Positions 1 to 7,117 of a DNA stretch of 25,049 nt are shown here, one piece after another. The DNA lies in assembly GCA_038883775.1 (NCBI GenBank), contig JAVZLM010000011.1:1-25049 (forward strand), read 5' to 3'. Position 1 is the first letter of the stretch. Every line of letters starts with the position of its first letter. The position numbers and the translations under genes were made by a program. The notes beneath the pieces were generated by a model. It was given only the letters and a program-made list of their open reading frames with translations, was not told the DNA's origin and did not search any database. The DNA is from Candidatus Bathyarchaeia archaeon (GTDB taxonomy: Archaea; Thermoproteota; Bathyarchaeia; Bathyarchaeales; Bathycorpusculaceae).

Positions 1-1
1 T

Positions 2-541
2 GCAATATCACTGCTGCTGATTGCTGCTGTTTCATTGGCTTATGCAGTTCACACATACTGGATGCGGACGGCAACTATCACGGGAATAAAAGTTATCGGC
101 ATAGAAGCTGAAATCTTAAAGGCAAACGATTATAACGCTTACCGCAACAAAGAACCAGCATCTCTGATTCAGAACGGCACGTTTGTCGGCGTGATAACAA
201 TTTTTGCAGAAAACTTTGAACAAATTTGGCTTGGCATAAACTGGACAAGCAATGCTGAAGGTTTAATTTTGAACATGACGGGACAATACGTATCTTATCA
301 ATGGGTGAATACGGGAATGCAATGGCAAGGCGTCATATTGCCAATAGGTGAAGCTTTCCCTTTAAGCAGCTATCAAGTTGTGGATAAAACAAAAATGATG
401 TATGCGGACCCAGGTGTTGAACCGAATGGTCCTATAGGCTACGGTTTGCTGGTCCAGATTACGCCATGGACAGAATATGTTACTGTGCCAGGAGATTACT
501 CTGTCGATGTCACATTTACCATGGGGTTCGTGGGTGCATGA
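2..541 (+). CDS. Secreted or surface beta-rich hypothetical protein, 5'-truncated by the window edge
   Basis: The frame is open from base 2 (AISLLLIAAVSLAYA-VHTYW), a signal-peptide-like hydrophobic stretch ending in A-Y-A. The C-terminus VPGDYSVDVTFT resembles the last strand of Ig-like or fimbrial-type domains. Confidence 0.7.
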   Translation, partial: AISLLLIAAVSLAYAVHTYWMRTATITGIKVIGIEAEILKANDYNAYRNKEPASLIQNGTFVGVITIFAENFEQIWLGINWTSNAEGLILNMTGQYVSYQWVNTGMQWQGVILPIGEAFPLSSYQVVDKTKMMYADPGVEPNGPIGYGLLVQITPWTEYVTVPGDYSVDVTFTMGFVGA

Positions 542-678
542 AGCCAACAATCATCCAGAAACACGTCTGCGACGTATGTCATAAGTATAGACTGTGCATT
601 TACATTCCAGAATTGGACAAATGGTATTGCCGTGAATGTGTGCAAATCATGGAAAAGATACTGGAAATATGCGCTTAA
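538..678 (+). CDS. Small zinc-finger protein (46 aa)
   Basis: ATG 538 overlaps the upstream TGA (ATGA). MKPTIIQKHVCDVCHK...WYCRECVQ contains two CxxC pairs. Confidence 0.7.
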   Translation: MKPTIIQKHVCDVCHKYRLCIYIPELDKWYCRECVQIMEKILEICA

Positions 679-700
679 GCCCTAATCATTTCCCCCTTTT

Positions 701-1033
701 TTATTCAACCAACTGTTTCAGCTTTTCCAAAAACTCTTTCACTTCTTGGCTGTCTTTAAGTGTTGGACTGTTCTTTACTGCAAGTTCTAAACCGAGAAAG
801 CCTAATTTGGCTTGAGTTAAATCAATGTTTCTTTTAACTTCAGCTTTTTTAGGATACCATAAACCGTTTTTGTTTTCCGCTTTTCCCTGTAGAACCAAAG
901 AATTAGCATAGTCATAAAACTTTCCTTTACTCCATCTCAATTTGTCAGCGTAGAATTGCCAATTATTCGCTGGAAACCGTTCAAACAACCTTTCCAACTT
1001 TTCCAGATTTTCCATGCTTTTAACATTCTTCAT
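701..1033 (-). CDS. Putative winged-helix DNA-binding protein (repressor-like)
   Basis: WQFYADKLRWSKGKFYDYANSLVLQGKAENKNGLWY fits an HTH plus wing pattern. ATG 1033 chosen; GTG 1057 and a downstream ATG are alternatives. Confidence 0.6.
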   Translation of the reverse strand: MKNVKSMENLEKLERLFERFPANNWQFYADKLRWSKGKFYDYANSLVLQGKAENKNGLWYPKKAEVKRNIDLTQAKLGFLGLELAVKNSPTLKDSQEVKEFLEKLKQLVE

Positions 1034-1092
1034 AGTCGCTACACAATAGTCATACACTGTGAGTCATACTTATAAAACTTAGTGAAACAAAC
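1034..1092. promoter_or_regulatory. Divergent promoter region with TATA box and tandem AGTCATAC repeats
   Basis: TTATAAAA at 1070-1077, readable on both strands. AGTCATAC at 1048-1055 and 1062-1069. Confidence 0.5.
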
Positions 1093-1227
1093 ATGAAGAA
1101 AAGAATAATCTTCCGTGTCCCAGACGCAATGTATGAACAAGTCCAGGAAGCAGTAAAGAAAGGCTTAGCCAAAACCCCAAGCGAATTGATCCGTGCAGCT
1201 TTGAAGCAGTTTCTCAGCCAAAACTAA
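1093..1227 (+). CDS. Ribbon-helix-helix (CopG/Arc/MetJ-like) DNA-binding protein, 44 aa; not in the ORF track
   Basis: Manual translation MKKRIIFRVPDAMYEQVQEAVKKGLAKTPSELIRAALKQFLSQN: beta strand RIIFRV, helix, G, then the SELIRAAL helix typical of RHH. Confidence 0.85.
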   Translation: MKKRIIFRVPDAMYEQVQEAVKKGLAKTPSELIRAALKQFLSQN

Positions 1228-1277
1228 CAGTTTCATTCAAAGTTTACATGAAAACAGAAAAAAGGAAGGATGGCTAA

Positions 1278-1820
1278 ATGACAAATAGCAACACTCAAGA
1301 TAAAAGACTTTCGCAAAACCAAACACAACCACAAAACCAAAACAACAACACAGATAGTATTACCGAGGTATACTTTCGTTTGGATGCTCCTCGTAGGACG
1401 GTTAGTTTTAAGTGTAATTTGGAGCTTTGGAATGCCTTTAAAACGGAAATTAAGCGTAATTCTTTGAGCATTTGCCACGTGCTTGAACCCATGATATACG
1501 GATGGCTACAAGGCAAGGTATACCTAAGTAATACTATCAAGCCGATTAGGATTGAGAATATTACGGTTGAGCGGGCTGTTAAGCGTGTGCGTAGGTATGC
1601 TGTTGAGGATGAGGGGGGTGGTTGTGGGGTGTGTGGTGCCCCTGCCGAGTTTGAGGTTAGTTATGTGTTGAAGCCGCCAGGTTGGGGTTTTGGAACTGTG
1701 ACGGTGGATATTTTGAAGGGCAAGTTTTGTAGGGTGCATTATGAGAAGTTGTGTAGAGATAATTTGTCTGTGGTGTTAAGTTGCAAACCACTTTCTGGGA
1801 ATGGGTTCACTAATGGCTGA
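1278..1820 (+). CDS. Hypothetical protein with RHH-like segment and C-terminal Zn-finger (CGVC...CRVH)
   Basis: SD-like AGGAAGGA upstream. RRTVSFKCNLELWNAFK...SICHVLEPMI is RHH-like. The stop overlaps the integrase start. Confidence 0.7.
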   Translation: MTNSNTQDKRLSQNQTQPQNQNNNTDSITEVYFRLDAPRRTVSFKCNLELWNAFKTEIKRNSLSICHVLEPMIYGWLQGKVYLSNTIKPIRIENITVERAVKRVRRYAVEDEGGGCGVCGAPAEFEVSYVLKPPGWGFGTVTVDILKGKFCRVHYEKLCRDNLSVVLSCKPLSGNGFTNG

Positions 1821-2931
1821 GCTGTGTTGTCCTGAATGTGGTTCTAACCGCTTATACAAAGACGGTTTACGTTATTTGAGTGATGGAGGCACAGTTCAAA
1901 GGTGGCTGTGTAGAAGTTGCGGTTTTCGGTTTAGTGGAAAGTCTTTTAAGAATTGTCTGACACATAGGTTAAGCGATGCACATCAAGAGGCAATCTTGAT
2001 GGAAGTTGAAAAGGCAATCGGCGAAAAGCGGGAAGCGGGAGCCACACAGGACGTTAAAGGCAAAATCGTAGAGTTCCTTTGGCATTTAAAAAAGAACGGC
2101 TATAACCCTTCAACAATAAACGTGTATAACATTTGGCTTCAAACCTTAATCAAGTATGGTGCTAACCTGTTAGACGGTGAAAGCGTTAAAGAAGTTATTG
2201 CTTCAACAAGCCGATGGTGTGAAAACACTAAGACCAATGTCATCTTAGCGTATAAGTTGTTTGCAGACTTCATAGGGTTAAAGTGGGACCCGCCAAGATA
2301 CGGGTATGTTCAGAGAAAACTTCCCTTCATTCCATTGGAAAACGAATTAGACGCTTTAATTGGCGGTTCAGGGAAAAAGATGGCTACGATACTGCAGCTT
2401 CTTAAAGAAACAGGCATGAGGATAGGTGAAGTTTCAAAGTTAAGATGGCGTGATGTAGACTTTGAAAGGATGACAGTTTCAGTTAACACGCCTGAAAAGA
2501 ACAGTAATGCAAGAATCTTCAAAGTTTCACCTAAGTTGATAGCGATGTTGAATTTGCTTCCAAAGAAAACCGATAAAGTTTTCATGGGAGAACCGCGTGG
2601 ATGGAGAATACTGTTCCTGAGAACACGGAGAAAATTAACTCAGAAACTTCAAAATCCAAGACTAATGCAAATAACCTTTCACACTTTCAGACATTGGAAG
2701 GCTACGATGGAATATCATAAAACAAAGAATCTCTTACACGTGCAGCAGCTCTTAGGACATAAAAACATTCAGAACACCATGATTTACACGCAACTATTAG
2801 ACTTTGAAGTTGAAGATGAATGGCATTCAGCAACAGCTAAAACCATAGAAGAAGCTAAAGAACTAATTGAAGCAGGCTTCGAGTATGTGTGTGATATGGA
2901 TGGAGTTAAACTGTTCAGGAAGCGGAAATAA
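1813..2931 (+). CDS. Tyrosine recombinase/integrase with N-terminal Zn ribbon
   Basis: Catalytic set present: R (TGMRIGE), K (EKNS), HxxR (HTFRH), H (LLGHK), Y (TMIY). N-terminus CPECGS..KDG..QRWLCRSCG. Start is ATG 1813 or 1801. Confidence 0.93.
   Translation: MAELCCPECGSNRLYKDGLRYLSDGGTVQRWLCRSCGFRFSGKSFKNCLTHRLSDAHQEAILMEVEKAIGEKREAGATQDVKGKIVEFLWHLKKNGYNPSTINVYNIWLQTLIKYGANLLDGESVKEVIASTSRWCENTKTNVILAYKLFADFIGLKWDPPRYGYVQRKLPFIPLENELDALIGGSGKKMATILQLLKETGMRIGEVSKLRWRDVDFERMTVSVNTPEKNSNARIFKVSPKLIAMLNLLPKKTDKVFMGEPRGWRILFLRTRRKLTQKLQNPRLMQITFHTFRHWKATMEYHKTKNLLHVQQLLGHKNIQNTMIYTQLLDFEVEDEWHSATAKTIEEAKELIEAGFEYVCDMDGVKLFRKRK
1981..2001. repeat. Perfect 8-bp inverted repeat inside the integrase gene
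   Basis: CATCAAGA-GGCAA-TCTTGATG. Confidence 0.6.
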
Positions 2932-2945
2932 ATGGGAAAAGCATA

Positions 2946-3272
2946 CTATTTGTTAAATTCGCATCCTAATTGTTCTTTTAGTATATTCTCATAGGTTTCT
3001 ATGTATTCCCTTCCTTTTTCTGTTATTGTGTACACTTTTCTTGTTCTTCCTCCTTGGCGTTGTTGCTGGCTTTTTAGGAAGCCTTTTTGTTCTAGTGCGT
3101 TTAGTAGTGGGTATAAGGCTCCGTGTCTTAGTTTTACTTGGTAGTTTGTTTCTATTTGTTTTTTTATTTTGTAGCCCCACATTGGTTGCGTGTTCAGTAG
3201 TCTTAGTATTTGGATGTCTAGCAGGTTTCTGGTTATGCGTTGAACAATTTCTTTTTTGTAGTTTTGCGTCAA
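2946..3272 (-). CDS. PadR-family transcriptional regulator
   Basis: LLDIQILRLL..PMWGYKI..GALYPLLNALEQKGFL..RTRKVYTITEKGRE matches the PadR wHTH signature. Confidence 0.92.
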   Translation of the reverse strand: MTQNYKKEIVQRITRNLLDIQILRLLNTQPMWGYKIKKQIETNYQVKLRHGALYPLLNALEQKGFLKSQQQRQGGRTRKVYTITEKGREYIETYENILKEQLGCEFNK

Positions 3273-3416
3273 TTTTTCACTCTCATTAGTGTTCTGTTTT
3301 GGACTTGTTCGGGTTTGAGTTTATTTAGGTTATGTAGGAAATGGAATATTCTTGGTATGCTTTTTTATGCTTTTTTATGTTTGGTTTAAGCATGAACATT
3401 TATATTTCCGTTTAGT

Positions 3417-3467
3417 CTTTATAAAGTCTTGAGATATGTCCAAAAGGGGACATATTGTACACGTGTA
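3417..3467 (+). promoter_or_regulatory. TATA box and candidate PadR operator (ATGT-N10-ACAT)
   Basis: TTTATAAA 3418-3425. Inverted repeat ATATGTCC-AAAAGG-GGACATAT 3434-3455. Palindrome TACACGTGTA 3458-3467. Confidence 0.65.
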
Positions 3468-3501
3468 GAACAAAAAAACACGTGAAAAGGAAGGAAGAAG
3501 A

Positions 3502-3915
3502 ATGGTTAACAACTCTAAAGAAGTTCAGGTCAAATTGATGAAGGGCCTCCTAGACCTCATAGTGCTGCAGTTTCTAAGCACTCAGCCCATGCACGGCTAC
3601 CAAATAATAACTAAAGTGCGCAAAACCTTTGGAGTATATTTTGGACCAAGCACAATTTATCCGCTCCTAAACGCCCTAGAAAAGAAGGGATATGTAAAAA
3701 GCGAATGGAACATGAACAGCGAAAGACCAAGGAAAATTTACAAGTTAACCTCTGAGGGGCAAAGCCTACTGAACTTCACAGAAGATTCGCTTAACTTTAT
3801 ATGCAGAAAAATTGGCACACCTGGGCTTCCAAAAGGCGGTTTGGGAGAAGAAAATGTTCCTCAGCCAGCTCTGCGTCCATTACTAAAAAGGATCGAAGAA
3901 AAACCAGTATTTTAG
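3502..3915 (+). CDS. PadR-family transcriptional regulator
   Basis: KGLLDLIVLQFL..PMHGYQI..PSTIYPLLNALEKKGYV..RPRKIYKLTSEG. Confidence 0.93.
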   Translation: MVNNSKEVQVKLMKGLLDLIVLQFLSTQPMHGYQIITKVRKTFGVYFGPSTIYPLLNALEKKGYVKSEWNMNSERPRKIYKLTSEGQSLLNFTEDSLNFICRKIGTPGLPKGGLGEENVPQPALRPLLKRIEEKPVF

Positions 3916-4017
3916 CGTCAGACCACCTTTAAAACTTTTTAACTTTCAACATTAAAGGTTAGCTGTGCATATTCTTTTTATTGTTAATTTTCCATCTATA
4001 TAGAAAAGGGTGCGCTT

Positions 4018-5307
4018 TTGGAAAAAGTGGACATTTTAATTCAAGGATGCACCGTTTTGCCAATGAATGACAAATATTTCATAGAAAATGGCGCCATAGC
4101 CATAAAAGGCAGCGAAATAGTTTTTGTTGACAAAGCTTCCCTTGCAGGCAACATAAAGGCTGAAAAACAAATAGACGCAAAGGGGAAAGTTGCCATGCCA
4201 GGCTTAATCAACTGTCACACCCATGCGCCGATGGCATTATTTCGAGGAATCGCCGAAGACAAACCATTAAATGTTTGGTTAAGAGAAGCCATTTGGCCTT
4301 TGGAGGCTAAGCTTAAGGCTGAAGACGTTTATGTTGGAGCCCTTTTGGGTTGTTTGGAAATGATTAAGAGCGGAACGACATGCTTTGCTGACATGTATTT
4401 TCATGAAGAAATGGTTGCAAAGGCTGTGGAACAAAGCGGAACAAGGGCAGCATTAGCCCAAGGCATAATCGAGGCTGGAAACAAAGAGTGGGGAAGAAAA
4501 ATGTTTAACGAAAGCGTTGATTTTGCTAAAAAATTTAATGGATATGCTGATGGCAGAATAACGGCCTTACTTGGACCCCATGCGGCATACAGTTGCAGCA
4601 AAGAATTGCTTAAAGAAATAAGTGAAAAGGCTTCTGAACTTGGACTTGGCGTTCACATGCATTTGGCTGAGTCAAAAGAAATTTTACATGGTGTTAGCGA
4701 AGTGAAATTTCTGGATGAAATAGGTCTTTTTAAGAATCGCGTTTTAGCTGCTCATTGCATAAACCTCTCAGAGAACGATATGCATGTCCTTTCTGAGCAC
4801 CATGTTTATGTGGCTCATGTTCCAGTGGCTAACATGAAACTTGGCTTGGGAGCGGCTAAAATAAAAGACTTAATGAGTTTAGGTGTTAATGTATGCCTAG
4901 GAACGGACGGTCCAGCAAGTAATAATACTCTTGACATGTTTGAGACCATGAAGTTTGCGGCGTTGCTTCAAAAACTTACATATGCGAATCCAACGGTTTT
5001 GTCTGCCTATGAAGTTTTGAAGATGGCAACAATAAACGGAGCCAAAGCCTTAGGTTTAGCAGATAAAATCGGTTCGCTTGAAATTGGAAGAAGAGCTGAC
5101 ATAATCCTAATAGACTTTTCAAAACCGCATTTAAAACCCGTACATGATGTTTTTGCAAGCCTTGTTTATTCTGCGCGTGGAAGTGATGTGGACACCGTTA
5201 TTGTTGATGGGAAAATAATAATGGAAAATCGACATGTAAAAACTTTAGATGAGGCAAGCATAATGAGAAAAGCTGAGAAAGTAGCATTTGATTTGCTTGC
5301 AAGGTGA
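4018..5307 (+). CDS. mtaD: Metal-dependent amidohydrolase, MtaD/DadD-like (MTA/SAH/5'-deoxyadenosine deaminase family)
   Basis: PGLINCHTH (HxH), GTTCFADMYF, PHAAYSC, HMHLAES, AAHC, LGTDGPASNN. Confidence 0.8.
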   Translation: MEKVDILIQGCTVLPMNDKYFIENGAIAIKGSEIVFVDKASLAGNIKAEKQIDAKGKVAMPGLINCHTHAPMALFRGIAEDKPLNVWLREAIWPLEAKLKAEDVYVGALLGCLEMIKSGTTCFADMYFHEEMVAKAVEQSGTRAALAQGIIEAGNKEWGRKMFNESVDFAKKFNGYADGRITALLGPHAAYSCSKELLKEISEKASELGLGVHMHLAESKEILHGVSEVKFLDEIGLFKNRVLAAHCINLSENDMHVLSEHHVYVAHVPVANMKLGLGAAKIKDLMSLGVNVCLGTDGPASNNTLDMFETMKFAALLQKLTYANPTVLSAYEVLKMATINGAKALGLADKIGSLEIGRRADIILIDFSKPHLKPVHDVFASLVYSARGSDVDTVIVDGKIIMENRHVKTLDEASIMRKAEKVAFDLLAR

Positions 5308-5379
5308 AGACATAGGCTTCAGAGTTAATTTTATCTATTCGCTTGTTTATTCTATTTGCCTCAGCGTCTGGATTCAAAA

Positions 5380-6336
5380 ATGGCGCCGATAGTTCGGATG
5401 GTTAACCTAACAAAAAAGTTTGGAGAGTTCACAGCAGTTGACCATCTAAACCTTGAGGTTGAGGAAGGCGAAATCCTCGGGCTTTTGGGTCCAAATGGCG
5501 CTGGAAAAACCACAACCCTGCTTATGTTGACAACCGTGATAAAGCCCACCGAAGGAACGGCTTTTGTGGGCCCTTATGATGTTTGCAGAGAACCTGACAA
5601 GGCTAGGCCGCTTATTGGCATGGCTTTTCAGGAGCCTAAGCTTTTGTGGGTTGATTCGCCTTGGGATATTCTTAATTGGCATGCGAAGGTTTGTGGTTTA
5701 TCTTCTGAGGAGCGTAAAAAGAGGGTTCGCTGGGTTTTGGAGCAAGTTGAGTTATGGAATGACCGATTTAAGAGTGTTCATGCTTTTTCTGGTGGTATGC
5801 GTAAGAGGGTTGAAATCGCCAAAATCCTCATTCAAAGACCAAAAATAGCCATAGTGGACGAACCAACAGCGCAAATTGATATTGTTGGGAAGCATAGAAT
5901 TTGGAACATGCTCCGCGACCTAAGAGATGAAGGTTCCACTATACTGCTCGCAACAAACGAGCTTTATGAGGCGGATGTGCTTTCGGACAGAGTTGCCATA
6001 ATGCACAAGGGTAAACTTCTTGTTTGCGATGAACCTAAGAAGTTGAAGGACAGCATCCCAGGCGGAGATGTTGTGGAAATAGCTTTAGAAAAGGATGTTC
6101 CTAACGCGTTACTTTCAAAGTTGAAGGAAATTCCACGAGTGGTGAATGTTTTAGCCATAAAGCAGAACCACTTAAAAATCTACCTAAACCAAGCGGAGGA
6201 GGTTCTCCCGAAAATAACAGAATTCTTCATGAAAGCGCAATTACCAGTCAAATCCATACACATGACTGAGCCATCACTTGATGATGTTTTTGCCCATTAT
6301 ACGGGCTTAACAATTGAAGAGGCTCAAAAAGAATGA
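5380..6336 (+). CDS. ABC exporter ATP-binding subunit (DrrA/NodI-like)
   Basis: Walker A GPNGAGKTT, signature FSGGM, Walker B IVDEP, C-terminal EPSLDDVF. Start ATG 5380 or TTG 5356. Confidence 0.92.
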   Translation: MAPIVRMVNLTKKFGEFTAVDHLNLEVEEGEILGLLGPNGAGKTTTLLMLTTVIKPTEGTAFVGPYDVCREPDKARPLIGMAFQEPKLLWVDSPWDILNWHAKVCGLSSEERKKRVRWVLEQVELWNDRFKSVHAFSGGMRKRVEIAKILIQRPKIAIVDEPTAQIDIVGKHRIWNMLRDLRDEGSTILLATNELYEADVLSDRVAIMHKGKLLVCDEPKKLKDSIPGGDVVEIALEKDVPNALLSKLKEIPRVVNVLAIKQNHLKIYLNQAEEVLPKITEFFMKAQLPVKSIHMTEPSLDDVFAHYTGLTIEEAQKE

Positions 6337-7117
6337 TAAGCCTAAAAAAGGTTTGGACTGTTGCTGAAAGAGATATACGGATGTTTTTGCGTTACAAGTT
6401 TCTCTTAATAATGCGTGCCATATGGTTTGTTTCTCAAATAGCCCTCTTCGGCTTGATTGCCAACAGAATGTTTCGCCCAGACGTTCAAAGCGCTGTAGGT
6501 GGCGACTACTTCAATTATTATGCGGCTGGAATAATAATAACAATGTTGTATTCCACAACAGTCTTCATAGGATACGATATTTATGAAGAGGCTGACCATG
6601 GCGTCATAGAATATCTCCTAAGCGTTCCAGTTTCTCGCAAAGAATTGGTTCTTGGAAGGTCTATTGGCGGAGGGTTAAGAAGTTTCTTGTATGTTGGTCC
6701 AATGATGCTCTTCATTCTATATTTAATAGGTGTCTCAAATATTATGCAACTTCTGGCGGCTTTGCTATCCCTTTTCCTTTCACTTTTGGCACAGCTGGCT
6801 TCAGTATAACTTTGGCTGTGAGCATAAAATCTTCAGATAGGTTCGACATATTAATGGGTGTTACAGATGCCTTAATAGTTAGGTTGAGCACAACGCTTTA
6901 TCCTATAGCTTATATGCCACAGTATTATGCTGGTGTTGCATCAATTAATCCTTTAACTTTCGCCGCTGACCTATTCCGATGGGGCGCTGGAATAGAATCA
7001 ACAGCTCTCACTCCACCTTTTCTATCAGCATTTGGTATAGTCGCCTTCTTTTCGCTGTTCACTTTTCTTGGCATAATTTTGCATGAGCGCAGACTGGAGG
7101 GTGGAGGTTGGCAATAA
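6333..7117 (+). pseudogene. ABC-2 type permease interrupted by a 1-nt frameshift near 6778-6780 (pseudogene or sequencing error)
   Basis: ORFs 6333-6809 and 6812-7117 join if one T is added to the TTT at 6778-6780. The joined text LFLFTFGTAGFSITLAVS aligns with LFLISIGTSGLSIALAVS in the neighbouring paralogue. Confidence 0.85.

Larger units (their letters stand above)
1..2931. mobile_element. Probable right-hand end of an integrated element (provirus or integrative plasmid); left part lies outside the window
   Basis: Cluster of small Zn-finger, wHTH and RHH genes plus a secreted orphan protein, ending in a tyrosine recombinase. Regulator and housekeeping-type genes follow. No att repeat or tRNA found, so the boundary is approximate. 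Confidence 0.6.

Noticed and set aside
466-537. Longer 70-aa version of the Zn-finger ORF
   Set aside because: Overlaps the upstream CDS by 76 nt; ATG 538 with an ATGA junction is more plausible.
1169-1693. 12-bp inverted match CCAAAACCCCAA (1169-1180) / TTGGGGTTTTGG (1682-1693), telomere-like
   Set aside because: Low-complexity, single copy, inside coding sequence, and expected from the local A/C versus G/T skew.
2932-2945. tRNA or att direct repeat after the integrase
   Set aside because: Only 14 bp separate the integrase from padR; no tRNA-like sequence or direct repeat seen in the window.
3026-3289. Hydrophobic 87-aa ORF resembling a membrane protein
   Set aside because: Antisense shadow of the A-rich padR gene; the hydrophobicity comes from T-richness.
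3925-3959. ACCTTTAA...TTAAAGGT inverted repeat after the second padR gene
   Set aside because: AT-rich with a long spacer in a T-tract region; may be a terminator but support is too weak.
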